DNA of 64,000 nucleotides from Rhizaria sp. SCN 62-66. Taxonomy: Eukaryota. The DNA is taken from NCBI GenBank assembly GCA_001724265.1, contig MEDY01000036.1:1-64000 (forward strand), in the 5' to 3' direction. A program made the position numbers and the translations under genes. Under the pieces are notes generated by a model. The model made no database searches and was not told the origin of the DNA. It saw nothing but the letters and a program-made list of their open reading frames with translations. Positions 32,793 to 45,776 of the stretch are shown piece by piece (position 1 is the first letter of the stretch; each line of letters starts with the position of its first letter).

Positions 32793-35700
32793 GGTCGCCG
32801 CGGCAGCCGCTGCGACTGCGGCCTCCCCGGCCCCGGCCTCCGACGCCAACACCTCGGCCGCTCCCGTTTTGGCGTCGGGCGAGGTGATCGTGGCGAGCAA
32901 CGCGGACGTACGCGTGACGGCGAGCGGCGTGAGCAGCATTACGACAGGCCGCATGGTGCAGGAGTTCACCACCACGCTCACCACGGCGCTCGCCGCGCTC
33001 CCCGCGCTCAGCTCCCAGTACCTCGCGCCGCTCCCCCTCGCGCACAGCAGCAGCAGCGGCAGCAATGCTGCCGCGATTAGTGCCAGCGGAAACAGCAACA
33101 GCAGCGGCAGCGGCGGCGGCGCGCTGCTGGCGATCGGGTGCTCGATGTCGTCGCCGCAGCTGCAGTCCTCGCTGGAGGACCTCCGCGACGTGCTTTTCTA
33201 CGTTAACGACGTGTTCAACGTCGGCGTGCCCTCGCTGTCGGCCTGCCTCGCGGACCAGCTGCTCGCGCACTGGGTGCTACCCTGCCTCGCCGCCGGCGCC
33301 GCCGCCACCACGCACTGCGGCCACAGCAACAGCCGCACCAGCCGTCCCAGCAGTAACCACGCGGGCGGGTATAGAGTCGTGACGCGGAGCAGGAGCGGCA
33401 GCAGCAACAACACCACGCGCAGCCGCAGCGGCAGCGCTCGCAGCAGCGCCGAGGGCGGCGCGAGCGCGGGTGCTAAGGGCGATACCGCGGCCGCCGTCGT
33501 TGCTGCCGGCGACAGCGGCCACAACGGACGCGGAGACATGTACCGGCTGCTGCCGCACGCGCCGCCGCTGCCGTGCCTGCCATCGCGGCGGCTTAGCACG
33601 CACCTGCTGCACCAAACGCTCGCGCTCGTGGCCTACGCGCCGCTGCGGCTGTCCGTGCTGGCGGTGTTGCTGTCGCCCACGACGGCGCTTATGACCGCTG
33701 CTGTGACACTGGCGCCGCCGCAGCACCCCGCGACGGCCGCGCTGCCGCTCGCGGCCGTGGCCACGGGCGCGACTCTGGTCCCGCTGCCCCTCGCCACCGC
33801 CGCCGCCGCCGCTGTGCTAACAGCAGACGCGAGCGCTGCGCAGGATGGCAGTACTGCTCCTTCTGAGACGACTACGACTACGAGTGCGAGTACGCTGACG
33901 GCCGCTTTTGCGCGCCGCGACTGGCTGCGACGCGCGCTCTACTGCTGCACGCTGGCGACCTGGACAGCGGCCTTCGCCACCGCTCGGAGGGCCAGCGCCA
34001 CCGCGGGCAGGCTGTCTTTCAAGGCGGCCATTGCCACCACCACTGCTACTCCGCAACAGAAGAGCAGTACTGCGACGTCGGCTGCAAAGACGGAGGTTGC
34101 GCCTGCCATTGAGCGTGCGGCGAGCGTCGCGACTGAGACTAAGCCCGAAACTAAGACTGACGCGAAGGTTGATACCAATGAGCAGCAGCAGGCTGACGAG
34201 GTTGCCGCCGTCCTTGCTGCAATCAACCCCGATGACACCACAGCTGCCACCAGCAGCCGCAGTAACACCAGAGTCGGCGCCAACGATGACACAAACACCC
34301 AGGCGCCCACTGTGACTGCAGGGAATGCAACTGAGGCTGAGAGCTCGACCAAGACTAGCATCGAGGCCGAGGCCGAGGCAGAGGCTGAGGCTGAAACTGA
34401 AACCGACAAGGCTAAGGCAAAGGATGAGCCTGAGACGCCCGCTTCCCCGTCTTTCCCCCAGGACGACCCCCTTGGCGTCCTCAGCGGCGCCTCCAGCCCC
34501 ATTGATAGCGCGAGCAGCAGCAAGACCGCGGCGGCGGTGACTGCTGCGAACAATACTCCTCCCAGTAGCACCAGCACGAGCGCGGCTGCGAGCAGTGCTC
34601 CGCCGCCGCTGCCCATGTCCCCTCCGCCCCCGGCCAACCGCGCCCTCTCTCTCTCTTCCGCCAGCGCAACGGCGAGTACTGGGGTTGCCATTCCTGACCC
34701 TGCCGCGCTGGCCGCCGCTGCCGCCGCCGCTGAGGCCGCGGCGGCCGCCGCCGCGGGCGTGGGCTCCCCTATGCCGCAGACGCCCAAGCCCGCCGAGGTG
34801 ATCGTCGACCTCAACGACTCGACTGTGCGCTCGCGGCTCTCGGACATGTCGCTAACGAGCAATCTCTCGCTCGCGCTCGCGCTCAGCGCCGACACCGGCA
34901 TCTCGGTCGGTCCCGCGCGCGCGCTCGCGATCGCCGCCGCCGCCGCCGCCGCCGCTGCCACGGCCACCGTGTCCAGCGCCAGCGCGTGCCGCTGCGCCGG
35001 CGATGAGGCCAAGTGCTCTGCCAGCGGCAGTGGCTGCGCAGATGCCGCGACGAAGCGCCTCGCGGAGATGGTGGGGCTGCCCGCGGCATCCCTCGCGGCC
35101 GTCCTCCCGCTGCCCAGCGCACTCGAGACGCTGTCGCCGTTCCCGGCGCTGTCGGTCGAGGCCGAGGCGGCGCGTCTGCTCGCTGACATTGCTGCGGCCG
35201 CGTCAGGCTCGAACGACGCCTCGGCGGGCGCCGGCTCGAGTGCGAGTTCTAGCGCCGCAAGCGCGGGCGCCGAGGAGGAGTCTAAGTACCCCGTCATGGA
35301 GTCTAAGCGCAAGCCACCCTCTCAGTGCGGCAGCAAGTTCGTCGCCGCGAAGTCTAAGCGCTCTGCCGACGAGGAGTGCAAGTGCGACGTCGCCGCCCGC
35401 GTCACCGCCGTGGCTTCTGCCGTGCACGGCATCCCGCCCACGACGACCGCGCGTCTGCCGTATAATCCGCTCCGCACCGGGCTCTTCGCTGTGCTCGCGC
35501 CGCACACCGCGCCCTTCGTTGTCCAGGCACAGTCGCAGTCGGACAAGGCGCTGGCGCATGAGTCTCTCGGCGACTCCGGCTTCGATGCGAGCAACGACGC
35601 TGACTCTGATGGCGCAGTCACCGCTGCCACGACTGCGACGGCGCTAACCGCTGTCTACCCCAGCTACGGCCACGGCTACGGCTACAGCCACGGCCACAAT

Positions 35701-38700
35701 GGCGACGATGGCGGCGTGAGCGGCGTGGCCGCGGGCGAGAGAGCGCCCCCCGCCCTGCTGTTATGGCTCGTGCTCAGCGCCGTCAGCAGCGGCGCCGGCG
35801 AGGCCGCGCGCGCGCTGCGCCGCTCGCTCCTGGCCCTCGCCGCGCACCGCGCTGCCGCCCTCATGCCCACCAAGCGCGCACGCTTCAATAACAACACTGA
35901 CGCTGTGGTGGACTCGAACATGACCGTCCCTGCTGCCTCCACTGTGGCGGACTCTGCTGTGATCAATGAGGTCGACAGGAGTACTTACTTGACTAAGTAC
36001 CCCACGCACCTGCGCATCCTCGCGAGCGCCGGGCTGCTGCCGCCCTCGCTGCTACTACGGCTCGTGCTTGCGGCCACGCTGCCGCTGCAGTCAAACAGTG
36101 CGAAGACCGGCAACGATGCTCACGCGCACAGCGCAACCACCACTGCGCTTGCTACAATGCGCCGCTCGCCGCTGGCTGCCGCGACCACGAACGCTCTCAT
36201 TGCGCACATCTGCAACAACCCTGTGTCTGCCCCCCTCGCGCGCTTGCTCTCTGACAGAACTTACATTGATAACAGCAGCGGCTGCGCCAACTCCACCGGC
36301 GCTGGCGCCGCGTCCTCGGCGTCATCACTGCTATCGATGCGGCTGGCGTCGGCCGCGTTGCTCGACACAGTCTACCTCGGGCCCCCGGTTGAACCCGCTT
36401 TTGCTCTCGCTGCTGCCAACAGTAGTGACAATGCGCAGAGCCTGGCGAACGTGCTGTACCCTCCGTCCAGCATCATCACCACGAGCAGTAGTACGGAGTC
36501 CGAGCTCAACAAGTGGGTTTCTTCCGCCGTCACCAACGCCGCCACCCGCGCCAGCGCCGCGAACAGCGATATAACCGCCGCCAGCGACGCCCTCGTCGCC
36601 GCCGCGGGCCGCGCGCTGCCGCCGCTGCTGACCGCGCCCGCGCTCGCTGCCGCGGAGACCGGCGCCGTGCGGTCGGCGCTGGCGCTCGCGGTGGCCGCCG
36701 CGGCGCCGCTGCTCACAGTCGCCTCACCCGCCACGATCAGCGAGGCGCTAGTGCTACCAGATATCGCCACATTGCACCACAGCAAGGCTAACAGTGCTGA
36801 CGACAAGGGCAAGGCGAGCGAGAAAGCGCAAGATGGCAGCGAGGACGAGAACGCCAATGATGACGCGGAGGAAGAGGAAGAGGAGGAGGAGGCGTCTTTC
36901 TCGCTGCCGCTGCTGCCTTCGCTGTTCCTGGACCTGCTGTCCGAGGCGCGCTGGCGCCTGGGCGACTCGGTGTTCGCGTGCCCCACCACGGCCGCTGCCG
37001 CGCCCGCAGGCATGCCCGCCTCGGGCGGCTGCGGCGGCGCGGCGGCCGGTGGCAGCGAGTTCATCCGCTGCGGCGACGCGGCTTGGGAGGAGCGCGCCGC
37101 CCTCAAGGCCGCCTGCCGCCGCAAGCACGCCGCCTCAGTCCTCGCTACTGCTGAAGCTGCAGTTGGCGGCGTGGCTGTCGACGACAGCGACCACGCGTCG
37201 GCATGCGAGCACTGCGGGCTCACTGAGGCCCAGCTCACCGCGCTGCTCTGCTCCTGCGGCCGCGGGCCCGCTGCCGCGGCGCTGGCGCCCCCGCGCGCCG
37301 CCACGGCCGCCGCGGCCGCCGAGGACGGCGCGCCGGTCAACTACTCTGACCTGACCGCAGTGTCGCCGTACCGGCGAGGCGTGGACGAGGACGCCGCGCG
37401 CGCGTCCGTGCCCGCGCCACTGCCCGCGCCCGCGCACCACGGCTGCAAGCCTACCTCCGCTGATTGCAATGGTAGCAGCAGCGCCGCGAACTCTCAGGGC
37501 CACGCTGCGTGGTGTCTGGCGGGCGAGGCGGCGGCGCGCGCGGCCGCGGCGGCGCGCGTGCGGCGGCTGGTGGCGCGCGAGCGCGAGTGGGGCCGCGGCT
37601 GCGCGGTTGGCGCCGCGGCGGGCGAGTGGGTCGACTCTGAGGACGACGACGACGACGATGACGACGACGACGAAGATGACGAGGACGACGAAGATGACGA
37701 GGAGGAGCAGGAGGACGAGGATGACGATGAAGATGACGAGCGGGAAACGAGCAACGGCACTCAGGCTGCCGCAGCTGCTGCGCCTGAGTCCGAGTCCAAG
37801 CCTGAGGCCGAGACTGCGACGGCACCTGCAACTGAGGGCGAGAGCAACCAGACCAAAGTTGCTGTGGTTGCTGTCAGCAGCGATGGTACCAAGGCGGAGA
37901 CTGAGGCTCCTGCTGCTGACCCTGAAGCAGACACGAGTAATAAGGACACCAACACTGAGCCCGAGATCGCGGATGCGACAAAGAACACAAAGAAGAACGA
38001 CGCCGTCGCCTCTGACCCTGTCGCCGCTACCGATGTCGACAGCGCCGAGACGGTCGAGACGGTGGTCAATCCGTTCAAGAAGACCAAGGCCGTCAAGCCG
38101 AAGCCGGCGCGCGCGCCGTCCGCGGCCAAGGTTGCCATCGCGCGCGCGCGCGCCTCGCGTTACATGCGCTCGCTGGCCAGCTCGCAAGCGCACGCCGCGC
38201 TGGGCGCGCCCCTCTGCGGCCAGCTGCCCGGCCTCGGCTGGGCCGGCACGCTCCCCCGCACTGTGCGCAACAACACAGTGCACGATAACGCCGTGCTTGA
38301 CAACACAGTGCGTGGCGCAGTGTCGGCGATGGGCAGCGCCGTCGGCGGCAACGGCTGGGTGCGGGTGTACGAAGACGACGCCGACTTTGGTGGTGGTGAC
38401 TGTGACATGAACTCAGCGAGCTGTGGCAGTGTCAGTGTTGCTCAGGCCCTTAGTGGCGTTGCATGCACGCCCACTTACATCGGCTCCAACAAACTCACTC
38501 TTAACAGCAAAGACTTTGCGACCACTGCACCCGATGCTGCTCCTGCGACGTCGAGTGCTTATGATCTTGGCTCCGTCAGCCTCCGCGGCGCCGCGCAGTC
38601 GTTCCTGCCCCGCCTCGTGGCGCCCCTCGTGCTGGCGGGGCTGCTCGCCCCGCTGCCGCAGGGCGCTGCCGCGCACAGCCGCGTCCCGGCGCTGTCGGCG

Positions 38701-41700
38701 TGGCCCTACCACCCCACGCTGACGCAGTACAAGCTGCCCGCGCCGCGCCCCGCAGCCGGCGCTAACGTGATTGCCGCGCAGCAGCAGCAACAGCAACAGC
38801 AGCAGCAGATGCCGACGTCGGTGCTGGGCATCGCCACGGGCACCTTCGGGCTTACGCCAACTCTCATCACCACCCCGGCGACGCAGCCGCTGACGGCCGC
38901 CGCCGCCGCCGCCTCTGCGGCCACTGCGGCGGCGAGCGCGAGCCAGGGCGCGCTGGGCGCGGTGCTGAGCCCGGCTTCGCACCTGCTGCTGGCGCCGCCC
39001 GTCGGCCCCGGCGCGCACGCGCAGACGCACACCGCGCCGCTCCCCTTGGACGTCGCTGCTGACACCGGCGACGAGACTGCTGGCGCTGTCAATGCGGAGA
39101 ACGAAGACGAAGACGTTTTGGGGTCGCCCTGGACAGTGACACCGACGGTCGGCACTGCGATGCTCAGGGGTCTGCTGCAGGCGACCACGGCCGATATCAG
39201 CAACACACTTCACGGTCTTGCAATGTTTAATAGCAGCACTAGCAGTGCGACGGCAGCAGGCGAAATGCTGGTCAGCTTGTACTCGATCAACGGGCTCCCG
39301 ACCAGCTGCTCAGCGGCCGCTTCTGATTCTACCGCGAGTGCGAGTGCGACTGTGGGGTTCACGATTAGCGGTCTGTCTAGTGTAGCCGTGGCGCCCGACG
39401 ACGTTGAGGCTTCGCTCGCGAAGGCGATGGGCAGCGCATCGCAGATCATGCAGCTGGTGGGCCACGTCTACGAGCAGGCTATGCCCGCGTCCGCGCTCCT
39501 CGCCGCTGTTAGCGACCGCATCAACAACACTAAGGTCAACGCTGGCGCTGGTAAGACCAGTGCGAAGAGTAGTAGCGCTGAGAACCAGGACAGCAGCAAG
39601 GACAACGAACAGCAAAACGAGGACGAAGACGAGGACATCGAGGAAGACGAGGAGGACTTCAGCGCTGCCTCTGCGACGCTGTCGTACACGGTCACGCTCA
39701 CGCTGCCGCTGCGCCCGCCGCCGGTGATTGTGGCCACGGCGCCCGCGCTCGCGCTTGCTTCGCTCGCCCTCTTCGTCAACCGGCTCACCGCGCGCTACAG
39801 CGCCAGCGCTGGCTCCGGCTCTAGCGGCGAGAGCACGAGCGCGCTGCAGATGCTGCTGCCGCACACGTTCGCCGTCGCTCTATCGTCCGCGCTCGCGGTC
39901 GTCTCCGCGGGCGCCAGCCTCGCCGCCGCGCCCGCCGACGCGCGCACAGTTGCCTTCCCACCGCTCGCGGGCGGCGCGACGGCTGCGGGCGGCGCGGGCC
40001 AGTGCCAGTGGCGCCAGGCGCTGCGCTCCGTCAAGACCCTCGTGACGCAGTGCGCGGGCGCCAAGGCGGCCGCGGGCGTCGGGCTTTGGCTCGCTGCCGT
40101 CGCCGCCATGACCGGCGTCACTGACCTCGTCACCACCGCCACCGCCGCCCCGGCCAGCGCCCGCTGCGCTTCCGCCAGCTCTAGCTCTCGCTCCGGCTCC
40201 GTCAGCGGCGCTGCGACTGCCATGGCCACTGCTGCGACTGCTACCACTGCTGGTGGTGCTGCTGCCGCTGCGGTGCCCAGCGCGGCGTCGCTGGCGGCCA
40301 CGGGCGAGTGGTGCGGCGCGCTGGCCACCACACTCACGCTGCTCTGGGGCACGCACCGCGCGCTCCGCCGTGACGGGCCTCTTACACAGCCGTCTATGTG
40401 CCTCGGCGCCGGCGCCGAGCGGCCGCTGCCCGTGATGCCCGTGCTCGACGCGCCGCCGCCGCCGCCCGCGGGCAGCGTTATCTCGCTCTGGCCCGTCCCG
40501 CGCCAGGCGCTCGCAGTCACGGTCACCGCCGCGAACAGTCACAGTAGTGGCGACGTGCTGACTGTGAGTGCGACCGAGAGCGCCGCTGTCGCCGCCGCCA
40601 TCGCCGCGCTGCCTGTGCCGACGTACAAGGCCAGCGTGTACGCGCGCTGCGGCATTGCCCCGCCGCCCCACACGCCCGCGGTCGCTAGCAACAGCGCGAA
40701 CGGTGCCAGCACGGTTGCGGCTGCGAACGCGGAGGCGGCCGCCGCTGCCGCGGGCTCGCCGTGGCCCGCGAATGTGTACGCCGCTGCCGCAGCGACGTCC
40801 GTCGGCCTTGCGTCTGCTGGCGACTTAGATTCAGACATTGGCCTGCCTTTGATTGCAGTGGCAGATGTGAACGACTCGTACATGTTCGTGCTGCAGCCTG
40901 TGACGGACGACGACGTGTTCGTCTACGAGAGCACTGTGAGCATTGATGAGAACAGCAGCAACATGAGCGTGAATGACGACAAACCGATCGTTGTCAAGAG
41001 TGGCAAGAAGAAGGCGAATACTACCAACAAGCCTGACAGCTCCGCGAATTCCAGTGCTAGTGCAGAGGTGACTGTTACCATTCGTTGGCCGCGCCGCTAC
41101 ATCGTTGTCGCCACAACCCCTCTGTTCGAAACCACGCCTCAGTCCGTCGCCCGCATCGCGCTCCCCACTCTCCCCTTCGGCGCGCAGCAGCTCAAGCCGC
41201 CGACTGCGACTGCGGCCGCGATTGCCGGCGCACCCGTGACGGCCTCGGGGTCCGCGGTGCCCGCGTACGTGGCGGCGCGGCCCAGCTTCGTGCGCTCGCG
41301 CGGCGCGGCGCTGACGCTGCTGACGCGCGCGCCCGTGGCGCCGCACCACTGGGCGCTGCCGCTCGCGCCGGGCGCGGCCGCGGTGGCGCTCACGGTCACT
41401 GCGGAGCCGGCGCCGCGCGAGCGGGAGTACTTTCCTGTCGACGCCGGCGCGCTGCCCACGGTCGCCAAGAGCAGTGGCAGCGCGAAAGAGGACGACGCTG
41501 CCGACGCTGACGGGTTTAGAGTGTGGGCTGCGGCCGGGATGCTCAAGGAGACTGTGCGCATTAGCGTTGAGGACGACGAGGACGATAACAACAACAATAA
41601 CTCCGATAACGACGACAGCGGCGCTACTACTGAGTCAAGTGCTGCTGCTGTTTCTGTCGATGGCGATGGTGGCACATCGTCGCCTGTTGATAAAGATAAC

Positions 41701-43005
41701 CTCGACGTCATGAGTGTCAATAGCGATGCTGCGATTGACCTTGAGTCGTTCACTGCGCCTTCCGCGGCCGTTTCCCCCAACAGCGAGAATGTCAACTCTC
41801 AGACCAACACCCTCAGTAATGACAAGGCTGCGAACGCTGTCAAGACGGTTCCTTCAGAGCTTGTCACCGACGCCATCGTCGACTACAAACACTCTGATGC
41901 GCACGCTGACTGCACGAGCAACGTTGCCCCCGCCGACTCCGCGTCGGTCGACTCCGCCGCCGCTCTGGTGTGCTCGCCGCTTACGACGGCCGCGCTGGCG
42001 CAGTCGATCATGTGCCGGCCCATCGCTACCGTTACACCGCTGCCCGAGGCTGCGAGCGTCGCCGCGTCCTACGCCGCCGCCGCCGTGGCCGCCGCCGAGA
42101 CCGCGGCTACGGACATGACGGCCCTGCTCGCCGCTACTGCCACGGCGACCGCCGCGCGCGTTACCGGCATCAAGAGCGATAGCTCCAGCGCGGGTGTGAG
42201 CGCGAGTGAGATTGCTGCTGCGGCTGCGGCTGCGGCTGCAAAGGCCATCTACCCCGCGTTCTACGGCGGCGTGCCCCGCTCTCTCCCGCGCCCTGTCCCC
42301 GCCAGCGGGAATGACCACAACGGCGGCGACAGCGACCGCGACGGCGACGGCGCGGGCTTGCTGCCGCCGTCGCTGCCCGCGGCCGCGTGGCGCCCCGACC
42401 TCGCGGGCACGCACGCGCGCTGGGAGGCGGCGCTCCCGCATCCTTACACTGCGTACGACAGCGTTCTCAGCACAAATACTCCCGCTGCTGTGAGCAGCGA
42501 TGCGGGCGCTTCTGTTTCTGCTGTTGCTGTTGTTGCGATGCCCCCAAGCATGGCTGACCTGAGCACTCGTCTCAGCGCCCTCACATCGGGCACTTACCCG
42601 CCCACGCGCGCCGCAGGTGTCGCCGCCTCGGTGGCGACGGCGACGGCGGCCACGGCGCTGCCCCGGTGGAAGCTGCGGCTGTGCTTCGGCACTGTGGGCG
42701 AGGCGGCCGCGGTCGCCGAAGCCGTGGCGGCGGCGCGGGTGCGCGTGCGCACGCAGTCGATGAACGCGCTGCGCAACGTTATGAACACTCTCACGAACAC
42801 GAACATGAACATGAACGCGAGCGCGTTGATTAACAAGGATAGTGATGCGAGCGCTGAGACCGCGACTGGGGTTGCGACCACGACTGCAACGGAGCCAGCA
42901 AAGGCAAGTGCTGCTCTGGAAGCTGAGAGTGCGAGTGAGGCTGTGGTGGAAAACGACAAAGTTGTTCCGGTGATCAAGGCGAACAAGAAGAAGAACCGCA
43001 AGTAA
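31675..43005 (+). CDS. CLEC16A: CLEC16A/TT9/GOP-1 family (FPL domain) protein, greatly expanded, ~3776 aa, apparently intronless
   Basis: IAELVIWGDQNDPSFFDYF, QIIQTISMLIQN, FYLLSNNYINDLI, YISFLKALSLRFN..TIHFFFN and DFPLYVEAL...DPMV...VRTISL. Later family-like blocks (DVLFYVNDVF...LADQLL; HLLHQTLALV.YAPL) are separated by inserts. ATG at 31675, TAA stop. Confidence 0.92.
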
Positions 43006-44121
43006 GCATTTCACTGGAGCGAGATGATACTTTCGGTGAATGAAGGATTGCAAAACATGTTATGACATTAAGCTGTTGCTGTTTTGTTTGCAACTGTTTG
43101 GTTGTCGCCTCAAGTTTGTCGTTGCAGTCCGAAATTATTATTGAAATTATGATTCATCATTATTAATACAAAGATTCACGGTGATAACTCAAAGTAAAGT
43201 AACATACGTTTTTAAGGCACATGCGCAGAGAAGCAAGATAGTGTTGCTGCCTATGCGCAGATAGGCGGAAACTGGCTCGATCATGGAGAAGAAGATGTGA
43301 ATTCAAGTTACAACATGTCCTATACTAGAAAAAGAAATAGATCTGGACACATGTCATCTTAACCCACAATTAATTACACGTGTTATAACTTTTAATGTGT
43401 TTTGTGACAACATATTTCAGATTTATGATCATCAAGCCCATATTGGCTTTGTAATCACCATGATCAAGCAATATTAATACAGTAAGCTTAACTATATAGT
43501 AACCAATGGTAAGCTTAAGCTTACATAACGATCTGACCACAACAAGGTCGACGCAACCTGCGGGTCCAGCTCCCAACAACAAAGATGACGACGGGACGAG
43601 ACTATGCGGATTTTGGATTCATAGTTGTCAAGTATGCACACACGCTTCAGTTGAGAACCCTGAAAGATTTGCTTTGAGTGTGCGGACGTTGATTTTCATG
43701 CTCCCACCGCAATCATGACTGGATACAATCACGACAATGATTGTGATGGAAACTAAAAAGACACACGTCTTCTTGTCAGAAACGTACTCGTATTTTCTAA
43801 AGAACACAACATGTTGTATCACTGCCTATTTATGACCAATACTCCTTTTTAACACGTTTGTTGACAGTTAATACGTACGGATATCGTGCAGCAAGCGGTG
43901 ACTATCAAAACTTGTTTATGTAATAACGGTGAACAATATATTATACGTGCGAATGTAAGTGTAGCATGACTCATAATCACACACGTAAGCAGTAATTCTC
44001 TCATCCTGGCCCTCACCAGACCACTAAAGAAGCAAAACCAAACAACAGCGAGCGGTCCACTCAGGTGAACGCTCCCCATTTGTTGGCTCTGTTTCTCTCT
44101 CTGTGCCGTGTCTTATAGCTC

Positions 44122-45228
44122 TCAGTTCGCGCCCTTGCTGCCGGCCTCCTTCATGAGAATGTTGAGCTTGCGGTCCATGCTAGCCGCCGAGCCCAGCGGT
44201 TTGCCGCCCGCCGCGCCGTACTTAGCCATGCTGCCGCCCTCGACCGTCGCGGCCGCGCCCCCCGCGCCCGCCACGCCGCGCTGCGTGCGGGAGCCGCGCA
44301 CGTTGCCAGTCCCCGCCGCACCCGCAGCGGTCGCAGTCGCGGAGCCGTCCGCAGCAGTAGCCGCGGCGCCCTCGGCGGCCTCGGCGGCCGCGAGTTCGGC
44401 CGCGGCCTGTGCGTGCGCCGACGCGGGCGCGGGCTTGCGGGGCGCCTTGGGCGCAACGGGGTACGAGATGCCGAAGTCGGCGGCGTCGTCGTCGTACTCG
44501 TAGCCGTCGTCGTCGTCGTCGCCGTCGCCGTGGCCGTTCTCGCCCGCCTCGGCCTTGGACACCACGCGGTAGTCGTGCCAGTCGAGCATGTTTCCTTTGT
44601 TGGCCTCGCGCAGCAGGTGCCCCGCGTCGCGGTTCGTCAGCAGCCCACGTTCCCAGTTGCGCGTGATCGTGTTGCGGAACGACAGAGACGCGGAGCACGT
44701 CTTAAGGAGGTTCTTGACCTCCTAAAAACGGATACCAAAAAGAAACACAAACATGATTGGAAAAATCACATCAAGAGGAGCGAATGAAGAGATGAGACAT
44801 ACAATTACAACAGTATACAGATTATATACACCAAAAAGACACAACTTAATATCCAGGCACTGATAAATATCGCGGTGTAAAAAGGAAGGACCGCGTACCT
44901 GGTCGGTGACAGGGGGCGGGCGCTTGGCGGCGTCGCAGGGCTTGAGGCACTTAGCGCACGCGCCACGGTCCTTGGAGCACTTGTCACAGATAATGTGGTA
45001 TGCGCGCTTGATCGACGGCTCGTGGCACGCGACGCAGCGGTTGACTTCGTTGAGCGGCTTGTACTTGCGGTACGTCTTCTTGTACTCGATCTGCTTCTCA
45101 CAACGTTCGCACAAGTTCGTGTGATGGATCGACATGATGCGGGCTGTGAGGCGCGAGTTGGGGTTGTGCTCGAACTTATAGACGTTCATGTGGGTCGGCT
45201 GACCCGGTTTGTTACCACGCTTGCTCAT
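44122..45228 (-). CDS. C9orf85/DUF2039-like Cys-rich protein, 309 aa; exons 45228-44899 and 44721-44122
   Basis: HMNVYKFEHN, CERCEKQIEYKKTYRKYKPL and CVAC...KRAYHIICDKC...CAKC. Phase-0 GTACGC...TAG intron; TGA stop. Confidence 0.88.
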
Positions 45229-45776
45229 GGCGCGCTGGGCAGCGGCGCGGTGCGGGGATGGGTGCGGGGAGACGGAGTAGAGGTGAGGGAAAGCAAAGAA
45301 GCCAGGTGCATGAGGTGAGGGACGGCTTCTGAGTGGAGCATGAAATTAAGAACTACTACAATAATGCATAAAAAGTCCACACATGACGCTATACCGCATT
45401 CTGACGACGAGAATATAAAGAAAAACTGATTTCCCGAACTTCCTCACCAAGTCCCGCACCACCAAGCCTCGGCTTTTTCGGAACCTGCAGACAGCCAACC
45501 ACCAACCAACGACTCGTTGACGCTTGAACGAAACTGACATAGCCCAACTTTGACCACGCGTAGAATGATACCTGTTCGATAAAGCGGCACGTAGCACTTT
45601 GTTCAGGAGTATAATTGCAATGATTTCTATTTGTGCGTAATTAAACCTCTCCAAAAAGCCATTATGACTCATAACAGCCTTCTTGTTTCACCCACCTTTC
45701 CCCGATTACAGCTTTCCACCAGCCTTCCCTCCTTGAAGCCCGAACCACGCACAACAGCAGCACTCGCAGCGTTAGC

